A stretch of DNA of 64,000 nt, taken from Tepidisphaera sp. (lineage in GTDB: Bacteria > Planctomycetota > Phycisphaerae > Phycisphaerales > UBA1924). Where the stretch lies: contig CP051526.1 in NCBI GenBank assembly GCA_050916045.1, forward strand, positions 4,000,001-4,064,000, read 5' to 3'. Positions 38,414 through 47,918 of this stretch are shown one piece after another (within the stretch, counting starts at the first letter, position 1; the number at the start of each line of letters is the position of its first letter). The notes under the pieces were generated by a model. It was not told where the DNA came from. It made no database searches and saw only the letters and a program-made list of their open reading frames with translations. A program made the translations under genes and the position numbers.

Positions 38414-40288
38414 ATGAGCTCCATCAACGCGCCACTCAAGACCCAAGCCGCCGCCGGCGCCGCGTCCGCCTCCAGCGCCGAAGCCGCCGTGCCCCACGCC
38501 GTGGGCGCCAAGGAAACCGTGATCTCGCTGATCATCGCGTTCGCCCTCGCCTTCGTCTTCCGCGGCTACGTCGTCGAGCCCTACGTCATCCCGACCAACT
38601 CGATGGCGCCCACGCTCCTCGGTGCCCACGTTCGCTGGGTCAACCCCGCCAACGGATACGACTGGCCGACCTCGCACTTCTTCTCCGTCGGCGGCGACAC
38701 GCCCATCTCTCAGCAGGGTGGCACGCTCGGCAACATCTCCATGGGGCCCATCGCCACCTTTGACCCCATGTCGCGCGAACCCCTGCAGTTCGACAAGGGT
38801 CTGCCGCTCCGCTCCGGCGATCGCATCTTCGTCCTCCGCTACGTCTACCCCCTCTTCACGCCAAGCCGCTGGGACGTCGTCGTCTTCAAGACGCCCACGC
38901 CCCCGGGCCGCGGCGCGACGCAAAGCACCGGCGCCACGCAAGCGTTCATCAAGCGGCTGATCGGCCTCCCCAACGAGGAGCTCGCGCTCTTTGACGGCGA
39001 TGTCTTCACCCGCCCAAACGACGGCACGCCCACCCCCGCCGGCCAGACCCGCTGGGACCTCCCCGGCTGGAAAGTCCAGCCCAAGGACGAACGCTCGCAG
39101 CGAGCCGTCTGGCAGCCCATCTTCGACAGCCGCTACGCCGTCGCGACCACCATGCAGGGCCGCGCCTTCCAGGGCCCCTTCGTGGGCGAGGGCGCGGGGT
39201 GGGAGATCGCCGGCCGCACGTCCTACGTCTACTCGGGCACGGCCCCGACTCGCCTGGTCTGGGATATGACCCACGACCGCTCGATCGATTACGCCGCCCT
39301 CCACCGCAACGACGGCGGGCTGGTTCAGCGCTTCCACAACGCCCGCTTGCGCTGGGCGCTCAACGACTCCTACTCGATGGATGAGATCCTGCCGCCGATG
39401 ATGGACAACGCGGCTTCGCGGCAGGAGATGCTCTACCCGGTCTCGGACCTTCGCCTCTCCGCCGGCGTCGAGCCCACGGCCGCGGGCGTGACCTTCGCGT
39501 CCGTCATCCGCACACGCGGCCACGAGTTCCGCGCCCGTCTTTCGCCGGCTTCGGGCGCAACCCGCGCCGAGCTCCAGATGCGGCCCGTAGCCGCGGGCCA
39601 AGCCGCGGACGCGGGATGGACCACCCTCGCCGCCGCCGACGCGACGCAAGCCCTGCAGCCCGGCAAGGTCTCCAACATCGACTTCTGGCACCACGACCAG
39701 CGCCTCGAACTCTGGATCGAGAACACCCTCATCGCCCGCGCCGACTACGACTGGTCCCTCGCCCAGCGCGTCCAGCAGGTCTTCGGCAAGTCCATCGCCG
39801 AAGCCCTCGCCGCCGACACCGTTCAGTCTCTCCTCCGCGGCGACCCCCGCGTCGTGAACAACCCCGGATTCTTCGGCTCAGGTGAGAACTACTCCAAGCC
39901 CGAAATCTGGTTCGAGGTCTCCGGACCCGTCACCATGCACCGCGTCGCCGTCGCCCGAGACCTCTTCTATCAGCCCGTCTTCGCCCGCGTCGGCGCGAAC
40001 TACTACAAGATCGCCAACGGCGCGCACCCCGTCCTCGCGCTCAAAGCACTCGGCCCACAGCACTACTTCACCTGCGGCGACAACAGCCCGATGAGTTCCG
40101 ACGCACGCGACTGGTCCGAGGTCGACCGCTGGGTCGCCAGCGAAATCGACCCCGCCCCCGGCGTCGTCCACGAACGCCTCATGGTCGGCAAAGCCTTCTT
40201 TGTCTACTTCCCCTCCGTCCAGTCGCGACAGGTCCTGGGAACCAGAATCCCCATGGTCGACGCTGGTCGGATGCGCTGGATCTGGTGA
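38414..40288 (+). CDS. lepB: signal peptidase I (S26) with large inserted domain
   Basis: IPTNSMAPTL (Ser), GDRIFV, RWDVVVFK, FIKRLIGLP (Lys), GDNSPMSSDAR, GKAFFVY. Confidence 0.88.
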   Translation: MSSINAPLKTQAAAGAASASSAEAAVPHAVGAKETVISLIIAFALAFVFRGYVVEPYVIPTNSMAPTLLGAHVRWVNPANGYDWPTSHFFSVGGDTPISQQGGTLGNISMGPIATFDPMSREPLQFDKGLPLRSGDRIFVLRYVYPLFTPSRWDVVVFKTPTPPGRGATQSTGATQAFIKRLIGLPNEELALFDGDVFTRPNDGTPTPAGQTRWDLPGWKVQPKDERSQRAVWQPIFDSRYAVATTMQGRAFQGPFVGEGAGWEIAGRTSYVYSGTAPTRLVWDMTHDRSIDYAALHRNDGGLVQRFHNARLRWALNDSYSMDEILPPMMDNAASRQEMLYPVSDLRLSAGVEPTAAGVTFASVIRTRGHEFRARLSPASGATRAELQMRPVAAGQAADAGWTTLAAADATQALQPGKVSNIDFWHHDQRLELWIENTLIARADYDWSLAQRVQQVFGKSIAEALAADTVQSLLRGDPRVVNNPGFFGSGENYSKPEIWFEVSGPVTMHRVAVARDLFYQPVFARVGANYYKIANGAHPVLALKALGPQHYFTCGDNSPMSSDARDWSEVDRWVASEIDPAPGVVHERLMVGKAFFVYFPSVQSRQVLGTRIPMVDAGRMRWIW

Positions 40289-40354
40289 TTCCCGCCCCGA
40301 TGAAGCAATGGAGCCCGGCCGCTTTGGCGAACGCGCTCCGTTTGGTCGATCCGA

Positions 40355-40600
40355 TCACGCCGCTTTGCGGAACGTCGACTTGGCCGTCGTGCGGCGGGTG
40401 ATCTTCCCGGCGACGCGGGTCTTGCGACGCGTCGTCTTGCGGGAAGCCTTGCGGGTCGCGGTCTTCGCGAACTTCACGCCCGTCTTCTTCGCGACGGTCT
40501 TGCCCTTGCGAGCCGTCTTGCTCGCGGTCTTGCGCGAGGTCTTGCGGGCTTTGCCAGCCGTCTTCCGGGTCTTTTTCGCGAATCGTTTCGTCGTCGCCAT
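40355..40600 (-). CDS. histone H1-like basic protein
   Basis: 81 aa, 20 Lys + 13 Arg, no Asp/Glu, KT/RKT repeats; GGAG SD. Confidence 0.75.
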   Translation of the reverse strand: MATTKRFAKKTRKTAGKARKTSRKTASKTARKGKTVAKKTGVKFAKTATRKASRKTTRRKTRVAGKITRRTTAKSTFRKAA

Positions 40601-40771
40601 TCTGAAATCTCCATGCGGGACCATCCCCGCGAAACGCCGTTCCGGTACTCCCGGCCGAGGAGAACGCTTGGTCCTCCCCGTTCTCGGCGTCTCTCCCCAT
40701 CGGCCAATCTCATCATCCGCATAACATTTGGGCCCCCCGCGAGCAAAAAACGCCGAAAGTTGTTGTGACCC

Positions 40772-42181
40772 ATGAGCATCGCTCCCCCATCGCCCGCCGT
40801 GTCCCCCTCACGCCCCCTCGACTGGTCACCAGACTCGTGGCGGTCGTTCCCCGTCTCGCAAGCGATCGATTATCCGGACGCCGCTCGCCTCGCTTCCGCC
40901 GTCCGCCAGCTCCGCGAACTCCCGCCGCTGGTCACAAGCTGGGAAATCGAGCGCCTCAAGCGCGAGATCGCCGAAGCCCAGGAAGGCAAGCGGTTCATCC
41001 TGCAGGGCGGTGACTGCGCCGAAACCCTCGACGACTGCCGGCCCGATGTCATCACCAACAAGCTCAAAATCCTCCTCCAGATGTCGCTCGTGCTCGTCTA
41101 CGGCGGGAAAAAGCCCGTCACGCGCGTCGGCCGCTTCGCCGGCCAATACGCCAAGCCGCGAAGCAGCGCCACCGAGACCATCGCCGTCGACGGTGCCCCC
41201 ATCACCCTCCCAAGCTACTTCGGCGACCTCGTCAACCGCCCCGCTTTCACTCCCGAAGATCGCACGCCCGACCCCTCCCTGATGGTCCGCGCGTACAAGC
41301 ACTCGGCCCTCACGCTCAACTTCATCCGCGCCCTGGTCGACGGCGGGTTCGCGGACCTTCACCACCCGGAGTACTGGGACCTTCGCTTCTTCACCCACGC
41401 CAGCCTCTCACCCGGCCAGCGCGGCGAGTACGAGCGCATGACCCGCACCTTGTCCGACGGCTTGCGATTCATGGAAGCCCTCGGCGAGCGCACCGTCGAT
41501 GACCTGACGCGGGTGGACTTCTTCACCAGCCACGAAGGGCTAAGCCTCGAGTACGAGTCCGCCCAGACGCGCACCGTGCCCCGCCGCGAAGGCTACTACA
41601 ACCTCACGACGCACCTCCCGTGGATCGGTGAACGCACCCGCGACTGCGACGGTGCCCACGTCGAGTATTTCCGCGGCATCGAGAACCCCGTCGGCGTCAA
41701 GATCGGCCCGAGCATGCAGCCGGAGGTCCTGCTCCGCCTGCTTGATCGCCTGAATCCCAAGAATGAACCCGGCAAGATCATCCTGATCACCCGCATGGGC
41801 GCCGAGCGAGCCGCTTCGGCCCTCCCCCCGCTGATCGAGGTCGTCCGCCGCGCCGGCAAGCGCGTCCTCTGGATCTCCGACCCCATGCACGGCAACGGCA
41901 TCAAAACCGCCGGCGGAATCAAGACGCGGAACTTCGACTCGATCCTCAAGGAGCTCGACGCCACCTACGACGCCCTCGTCGCGGGCGGAGCCCACCTCGG
42001 CGGCGTCCACTTCGAACTCACCGGCGAAGACGTCACCGAATGCGTCGGCGGCGGCGCGGGCGTCCGCGAATCCGACCTCTCGCGCAACTACGTCAGCCTC
42101 TGCGACCCACGCCTCAACTACCAGCAGTCGCTCGAGATGGCGTTTCTGCTCGCTCACAAGATGTCGAGCGCCAAAAAGTAA
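40772..42181 (+). CDS. class II 3-deoxy-7-phosphoheptulonate (DAHP) synthase
   Basis: LQGGDCAE, GRFAGQYAKPRS, WIGERTR, DPMHGN, CDPRLN. Confidence 0.95.
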   Translation: MSIAPPSPAVSPSRPLDWSPDSWRSFPVSQAIDYPDAARLASAVRQLRELPPLVTSWEIERLKREIAEAQEGKRFILQGGDCAETLDDCRPDVITNKLKILLQMSLVLVYGGKKPVTRVGRFAGQYAKPRSSATETIAVDGAPITLPSYFGDLVNRPAFTPEDRTPDPSLMVRAYKHSALTLNFIRALVDGGFADLHHPEYWDLRFFTHASLSPGQRGEYERMTRTLSDGLRFMEALGERTVDDLTRVDFFTSHEGLSLEYESAQTRTVPRREGYYNLTTHLPWIGERTRDCDGAHVEYFRGIENPVGVKIGPSMQPEVLLRLLDRLNPKNEPGKIILITRMGAERAASALPPLIEVVRRAGKRVLWISDPMHGNGIKTAGGIKTRNFDSILKELDATYDALVAGGAHLGGVHFELTGEDVTECVGGGAGVRESDLSRNYVSLCDPRLNYQQSLEMAFLLAHKMSSAKK

Positions 42182-42208
42182 AGACGACCTGCGCGGGCGG
42201 GTCGTCTT
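42181..42208. terminator. hairpin between convergent DAHP synthase and lpdA
   Basis: AAGACGACCTGC-GCGG-GCGGGTCGTCTT, A-rich on the left (U-rich for the minus strand). Confidence 0.65.
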
Positions 42209-42237
42209 CGTGGAGATCGATCTCAAACCAAGCCGAT

Positions 42238-43806
42238 TTACGCGTGGATCACGCGGCCTTCGCTCGCGAGCGCGGCTTCGTGGATCGCTTCGTGCAGGGT
42301 CGGGTGGGCGTGCATGGTGACGATGAGCTCTTCGCTCGTCGCTTCCAGTCGCCGAGCCAGGCCCAGCTCGCCGATCAACTCCGTCGCCTGGGCCGAAAGG
42401 ATGTGAGCCCCGAGGATCTCGCCGCGCGGCAAGCCACGAATGATCTTGACCATGCCCGCGTTCTCCATCGCGGCGATCGCTTTGCCGTGCGACTGCATCG
42501 AGTAGCTGCCGACGTCGTAGTCCTTGCCCTTGACCTTGCCCATGGCTTTCAGGTCACGCTCGGTGTACCCAACGCTCGCGACCTGCGGGTGGCAGTACGT
42601 GCAGCCCGGGATCGACGAGTAATCGATGCCGATGGGCTCGTGGTTGCCGTGCGGCAGCTTCTTCTCGCGCCACGCGATCCGCTCGACACACAAGATCGCT
42701 TCCTCGCTCGCCACGTGGGCAAGCCAGGGCGGGCCGATGACGTCGCCCACCGCGTACACGCCCGGCAGGTTCGTCTTGTAGTCGCAGTTCTGCTGCTCCT
42801 TCTTCGCCGCGTCGTAATCCGTCTTGATGTGGTCCTTCACCACCTCAAGCCCGAGCGAAGCGTCGAACAGGCCGTCGTACCGGCCCTTCACGCCCACCGC
42901 GAGGAGCACCTTTTCGGCTTCGAGCGTCTCCTTCTTGGCATCATCCGCTTTGCCCTTGCCGTCGGGGCCGACGACCCACGGCGCGACCGTGACCTTGACG
43001 CCCGAAGCGGTCTTGTCGACGGCGACGGTCGTCGTGCTGGTCCGGATGTCCATCCCGGCTTTCTTGTACATCCGCTCGAGCGCGGTGCAGACCTCATCAT
43101 CCTCGACCGGCAGGATCCGCGGCATCATCTCGATGACCGTGACCTTGGTGCCAAAGGTGTTGTAGAAGTAGGCGAACTCCATGCCGATCGCGCCCGCGCC
43201 GACGACGATCAGGCTCTTGGGCATGGCTTTGGTGTTCATCGCTTCGCGCGCACCGATCACCTTGTCGCCGTCGATCTTCGCGAAGGGAAGCTCGCGAGCG
43301 ACGGACCCCGTCGCGACGATCACGTTGGTCGCGGTGATCACCTCGCGGGGCGTCTTGGACGTGTTCTCGCACGGAGCGGTCGTGAGCTCATCCTGCACTT
43401 TGCAGTCGTAGATCTCGACGCGAACGGGCGATCCCTTCGCCGCTTTCACGATCTTGGCGTTGCCGATGACGTGCTCGATCTTGTTCTTCTTGAAGAGGAA
43501 CCCGATGCCGTTGTTGAGCTTCTTCGCGACATCGCGGCTTCGGCCGATGGTCTTGGCCCAATCGACCTCGACAGTGCCGTTGACCTTGAGGCCCCAGTCG
43601 GCGGCCTGGTGGTGGATCTTCTCGTACACCTCGGCGTTGGCGAGCAGGGCTTTGGTCGGGATACAGCCCCAGTTGAGGCAGACGCCGCCAAGCTTGTCGC
43701 GCTCGACGCACGCCACCTTGTACCCGAGCTGAGCCGCCCGAATCGCCCCGACATACCCCGCGGGGCCGCCACCGATCACCAGAAAGTCGAAATGCCGTTC
43801 GGCCAT
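42238..43806 (-). CDS. lpdA: dihydrolipoyl dehydrogenase
   Basis: GGGPAGY, GGVCLNWGCIPTK, GAGAIGMEFA, HAHPTLHE. Confidence 0.96.
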   Translation of the reverse strand: MAERHFDFLVIGGGPAGYVGAIRAAQLGYKVACVERDKLGGVCLNWGCIPTKALLANAEVYEKIHHQAADWGLKVNGTVEVDWAKTIGRSRDVAKKLNNGIGFLFKKNKIEHVIGNAKIVKAAKGSPVRVEIYDCKVQDELTTAPCENTSKTPREVITATNVIVATGSVARELPFAKIDGDKVIGAREAMNTKAMPKSLIVVGAGAIGMEFAYFYNTFGTKVTVIEMMPRILPVEDDEVCTALERMYKKAGMDIRTSTTTVAVDKTASGVKVTVAPWVVGPDGKGKADDAKKETLEAEKVLLAVGVKGRYDGLFDASLGLEVVKDHIKTDYDAAKKEQQNCDYKTNLPGVYAVGDVIGPPWLAHVASEEAILCVERIAWREKKLPHGNHEPIGIDYSSIPGCTYCHPQVASVGYTERDLKAMGKVKGKDYDVGSYSMQSHGKAIAAMENAGMVKIIRGLPRGEILGAHILSAQATELIGELGLARRLEATSEELIVTMHAHPTLHEAIHEAALASEGRVIHA

Positions 43807-44069
43807 TGGAAGGTCCTTTCCTGAAGGATGTGACTATAGGTGAACTCGCCCCCGATGCGACTTGCGTTTCCCCGCTTTCGCCCGGCAATCGCACCGCGCG
43901 TCCGCGACTCCCTTCGGCGTTCGATCGCCCGGTCCCAACCACGGCGGCTCCATCGATCTCTTCGGCGACGGCGTGTTCGACGCGGCGTTCGGATCGGGGC
44001 AGCCCCCTTCGCCCACTCACATCCCGGTACACTGGAATCCCCCTCCACCCCGCACGGGAAGGACTTTCC

Positions 44070-46172
44070 ATGCCCGAATCATCCATCGACTCGACCCTCA
44101 CCGAAACCCGCCGGTTCCCGCCCCCCGCGGCTTCCGACCTTGGCTTTGCCAAGTGGCACCTCGCCTCCCCCGAAGCCTACCACGCCCTCCACGAGCAATC
44201 GATCCACAACCCCGACGTCTTCTGGGCGAGCGAAGCACGCCACCTCGCGTGGTTCAAGCACTGGGACCGCGTTCTGGACTGGCAAGCCCCCGACGCCAAG
44301 TGGTTCGTCGGCGGCAAGCTCAACGCTTGCTACAACTGCGTCGACCGCCACGTTCAAGCCGGCCACGGCGAAGAGACCGCCATCGTCTGGGAAGGTGAGC
44401 CCGTCGCCCCGCGCACCAGCCACGCCGCAAGCTCCGCCTACGCCGAAGAGCCCGAGATCCGCCGGATTTCCTACCGCGAGCTACAGATCCAGACGAGCCG
44501 CGTCGCGAACGCCATGAAAGCCATGGGCGTCACCAAGGGCGATGTCGTCACGATCTACATGCCCATGGTCCCCGAGCTCGCCGTCGCGATCCTCGCGTGC
44601 GCCCGCATCGGAGCCGCTCACTCCGTTATCTTCGGCGGATTTGCCCCAACCGCCATCTCCGAGCGGGCGATCGACGCCGAGAGCAAGTTCATCATCACGG
44701 CCGACGGCGGCTACCGCCGCGGCGAGGTCGTCCCGCTTCTCAAGAACGTCGAGGACGCGTGCAAAGCCCTGCACAACCACGGCCACGCCGTGAACCACGT
44801 CCTCGTCCTGCGGCGCACCGCTCACGAGCCGCCGAGCCAGCGCTTCACCTCGGGCCTCACTCGCGACGACATGGGCCCGGCCAAGTGGCACTGGTGGCAC
44901 GAAACGGTCGACCACGCTTCGGACGCCTGCCCCTGCGAAAGCATGGACAGCGAAGACATGCTCTTCCTGCTCTACACCAGCGGCTCAACCGGCAAGCCGA
45001 AGGGGATCGTGCACACGACGGGCGGGTACCTGACGTACGTCAACATGACGGCGCGGCTGACGTTCAACCTGTTGCCCGACACCGGCCAGCTTTTCTGGTG
45101 CTCGGCGGACATCGGCTGGGTCACGGGCCACTCGTACGTGCTCTACGGCATCATGATGAACCGCGTGCCGACGCTGATGTACGAGGGCGCGCCGAACTTC
45201 CCGAGGAACGACCGGTTCTGGGACATCATCGCTCGCCACCGCGTCACGCAGTTCTACACCGCTCCCACCGCGATCCGCACGTTCATGAAGTGGGGCACCG
45301 AGCTCCCCGCCGCACACGACCTTTCCTCGCTCAAGCTGCTTGGCTCTGTCGGTGAACCCATCAATCCCGAAGCATGGATGTGGTACCACGAGCACATCGG
45401 CGGCAAACGCTGCCCCATCGTCGACACCTACTGGCAGACTGAGACCGGCGGCCACGTCGTGACGCCACTCCCCGGCGTCACCACCACCAAGCCCGGCTCA
45501 TGCACCAGCCCGATGCTCGGCATCGACGCCGCGATCGTTTCCGAGCAGGGCGAAGAGCTCCCCGCGAACAAGGGCGGCCTCTTCGTCATCCGCAAGCCGT
45601 GGCCCGGCATGCTCCGCGGGGTCTATCGCAACCGCGAGCGGTTCATCAGCAACTACTGGGGCCGCGTAAAGGACCCCCGCACCGGCGTCCCGTACTACTT
45701 CTCCGCCGACGGCGCCCGCCGCGATGAGGACGGCCACTTCTGGGTCCAAGGCCGCATCGACGATGTCATCAAGGTCTCCGGCCACCTTCTGGGCACCATG
45801 GAGGTCGAGTCCGCGCTCGTCAGCCACCCCGCCGTTGCCGAAGCCGCGGTCGTGGGGGTCCCCCACGAGATCAAGGGAAACGCCATCCACGCGTTCGTCA
45901 CCCTTAAGTCCAAGTGGTTCGCCGATCACAAGGGGCAGCAGCCCGGCGAAGCCGAAAAGGCCGAACTCATCAAGCATGTCGCGAAGGAGGTCGGGGCCCT
46001 CGCCAAGCCCGACGTCATCCGCTTCGCCGAAAGCCTGCCCAAGACCCGCTCGGGCAAGATCATGCGACGCCTCCTCCGCGATGTCGCCGGCGGTGTCGAG
46101 AAAATCACCCAGGACACGACGACCCTCGAGGACTTCAGCGTGGTCGCCAAGCTCCGGGCGGATGAGGAATAA
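44070..46172 (+). CDS. acs: acetyl-CoA synthetase
   Basis: LYTSGSTGKPKG, ADIGWVTGHSY, VGEPINPEAW, DTYWQTETG, LPKTRSGKIMRR; GGAAGGA SD before ATG 44070. Confidence 0.96.
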   Translation: MPESSIDSTLTETRRFPPPAASDLGFAKWHLASPEAYHALHEQSIHNPDVFWASEARHLAWFKHWDRVLDWQAPDAKWFVGGKLNACYNCVDRHVQAGHGEETAIVWEGEPVAPRTSHAASSAYAEEPEIRRISYRELQIQTSRVANAMKAMGVTKGDVVTIYMPMVPELAVAILACARIGAAHSVIFGGFAPTAISERAIDAESKFIITADGGYRRGEVVPLLKNVEDACKALHNHGHAVNHVLVLRRTAHEPPSQRFTSGLTRDDMGPAKWHWWHETVDHASDACPCESMDSEDMLFLLYTSGSTGKPKGIVHTTGGYLTYVNMTARLTFNLLPDTGQLFWCSADIGWVTGHSYVLYGIMMNRVPTLMYEGAPNFPRNDRFWDIIARHRVTQFYTAPTAIRTFMKWGTELPAAHDLSSLKLLGSVGEPINPEAWMWYHEHIGGKRCPIVDTYWQTETGGHVVTPLPGVTTTKPGSCTSPMLGIDAAIVSEQGEELPANKGGLFVIRKPWPGMLRGVYRNRERFISNYWGRVKDPRTGVPYYFSADGARRDEDGHFWVQGRIDDVIKVSGHLLGTMEVESALVSHPAVAEAAVVGVPHEIKGNAIHAFVTLKSKWFADHKGQQPGEAEKAELIKHVAKEVGALAKPDVIRFAESLPKTRSGKIMRRLLRDVAGGVEKITQDTTTLEDFSVVAKLRADEE

Positions 46173-46180
46173 AGTTCGTC

Positions 46181-46615
46181 ATGGCACTCCTCACGGGCAC
46201 CTTCCTGCGTGCGAGCCTGGCGGCCACCCTGGCCGGATCCGCGCTCGTTCTCTCCGGCTGCTTTCCCGTCACCGCCGAACCGTTCATCTCCGCGGGACTC
46301 ACCGTCGCGCAGGAGGGAACGTCATCGTTCCGCCAGGGGGCGATCGAAGCCGCCATCCGCCAGCCGATGGCGACGGTCCACGCCGCCGCGCTCCGCGCCG
46401 TCGAATCCTGGTCCCTCACCTCCGAAGTGGTCGAGCTCGACGGCCGGCGCGGCATCATCACCGCCCGGGAAGCCGGCGGCCGCCTGATCGAGATCACCTG
46501 CGAGCCCGTCTCTCCCGTCGTCACCGCCCTTCGGATCAAGGTCGGCTTCTGGGGCGATCAGCCCGTCAGCCGGTTGCTCCTTGAAGAAGTCCTCGGCGAG
46601 CTTCCGCCCCGCTGA
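46181..46615 (+). CDS. lipoprotein (DUF3568-like)
   Basis: Lipobox LSG-C; C-terminal LRIKVGFWGDQPVSRLLL. Confidence 0.65.
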   Translation: MALLTGTFLRASLAATLAGSALVLSGCFPVTAEPFISAGLTVAQEGTSSFRQGAIEAAIRQPMATVHAAALRAVESWSLTSEVVELDGRRGIITAREAGGRLIEITCEPVSPVVTALRIKVGFWGDQPVSRLLLEEVLGELPPR

Positions 46616-46652
46616 AAAAGACAGCGGGCCGAGGAATCCTTCCTCGGCCCGC
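46616..46652 (-). terminator. intrinsic terminator (GH56 gene; likely bidirectional)
   Basis: GCGGGCCGAGGAA-TCC-TTCCTCGGCCCGC; TGTCTTTTT follows on the minus strand. Confidence 0.75.
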
Positions 46653-46656
46653 CGGT

Positions 46657-46670
46657 TCACGGAGTGTTGA
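46657..46670. repeat. 14-bp perfect inverted repeat arm downstream of the GH56 gene
   Basis: TCACGGAGTGTTGA is the exact reverse complement of 47905-47918. Confidence 0.9.
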
Positions 46671-46687
46671 ACTCGGAGCGTCTCAGA

Positions 46688-47902
46688 TCAGTTCGGGACG
46701 TTCGCGACACGCGTGGGCTTGGTGCTCTTGCCCACAACGACCTTGCCGTTGGGCAGCCTGGTCGCGACGACCGGTGCCCGCTGAGCCGGAGCCTGGGGAT
46801 TCACCGCCAGAGCGTTCATCTGCGGGATGACCTTCGAGGTGAGCACGCTGCGGAACTCCTGGAACTGAGCTTCGCTCTCCAGGAACTCCCAGATCACCAC
46901 GCCCTGGGCGCCGGCCTGCTTGGGAACCTCGAGCATCTGCCGGATGAGCGTGTCGTTCACGATCTTGCCGGAGAAGTCCGGGCCGGCGTTGCCGTGGTAA
47001 CGGAACCAGATGAACGGGAGGACCGGCTTGCCGCGGGAAACGCGCACCGCTTCCTTCACGTTCTCTGAGATGTAGCGGGCGTTCTCGGCGGCCGAGTTCT
47101 GCTTGCGGCTGTAGTTCGGGCTGCTCGGCACCGTGTCGAACAGCGAGTACACCGTGGGGAAGAAGACGTCAACCGAGTCGAAAAGCCAGTTCATCTCGCG
47201 GGTGTTGATCTCCTTCCAGCGGCTGCTCATCGGAAGATAGTCGACGTAGTACTCGCGGAACGGGTACCCGTAGAAGCCCCACTTGGCTTTCGGGCGAAGC
47301 CGCTTGCACTCGCGGAGCGTGTCGAGATAGAACCGCTGAGCGGACGCGTTGTAGCTCGACTCGAACGCGCGCTCGAGAGCGTCACCCGAGAGGCCCGCGA
47401 TCACCTGCGGACGGTTCTGGCGGATGTGATCCTTCCAGTCGTCCTTGAAGTCGCCGTCGCGGGCGTCCCGCGCCGCACTGCTCGGGGCGTTGTGAAGACG
47501 CGACCAGATCGGCGACCACGTTTCATAGTCGATGACCGCGTACCCGCTGAAGTTCGGATCGGGGATGATGCGGGCAACGTCGGCCGCGACCTTGGTGAGG
47601 TGCGCCTGCATCGCCGCGGGGTTGTCAATCGTGTGGACGCCCGCGTGCGGGAAGTTGCCAAGCCAGCTCTCATAGAAGAGCACGGTGTCCCGCTTGATCG
47701 CGGTGCCGCTGAGATCGATCTGCGCCTGATAGTCGATGCCCCGGGTGCGCGACACCCAGGTGCCCACGCCCCAGTGGGCCATGTACTCGCCGCTTGAGTT
47801 CGATGCGGACTGGCCGCTCGCGACGGGCACCGCCGTGCCGGCGACACCCGCCGCCACGAGCCCCAGAATTCCCCAAGACTTCGAACTGCTGAAAGCTTTC
47901 AT
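46688..47902 (-). CDS. glycoside hydrolase family 56 (hyaluronidase-like), secreted
   Basis: IPDPNFSGYAVIDYETWSPIW and LRPKAKWGFYGYP resemble the animal hyaluronidase DWE and WGFYGFP motifs; signal peptide; GGAG SD before ATG 47902. Confidence 0.82.
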   Translation of the reverse strand: MKAFSSSKSWGILGLVAAGVAGTAVPVASGQSASNSSGEYMAHWGVGTWVSRTRGIDYQAQIDLSGTAIKRDTVLFYESWLGNFPHAGVHTIDNPAAMQAHLTKVAADVARIIPDPNFSGYAVIDYETWSPIWSRLHNAPSSAARDARDGDFKDDWKDHIRQNRPQVIAGLSGDALERAFESSYNASAQRFYLDTLRECKRLRPKAKWGFYGYPFREYYVDYLPMSSRWKEINTREMNWLFDSVDVFFPTVYSLFDTVPSSPNYSRKQNSAAENARYISENVKEAVRVSRGKPVLPFIWFRYHGNAGPDFSGKIVNDTLIRQMLEVPKQAGAQGVVIWEFLESEAQFQEFRSVLTSKVIPQMNALAVNPQAPAQRAPVVATRLPNGKVVVGKSTKPTRVANVPN

Positions 47903-47904
47903 AG

Positions 47905-47918
47905 TCAACACTCCGTGA
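47905..47918. repeat. 14-bp perfect inverted repeat arm covering the GH56 SD
   Basis: TCAACACTCCGTGA; on the minus strand it contains GGAG and ends 2 nt before the ATG. Confidence 0.9.

Noticed and set aside
43840..44020. Possible ncRNA or small ORF in the lpdA-acs divergent spacer
   Set aside because: Only the two -10 boxes (TATAGT, TACACT) are supportable; no convincing structure, terminator or coding signal.
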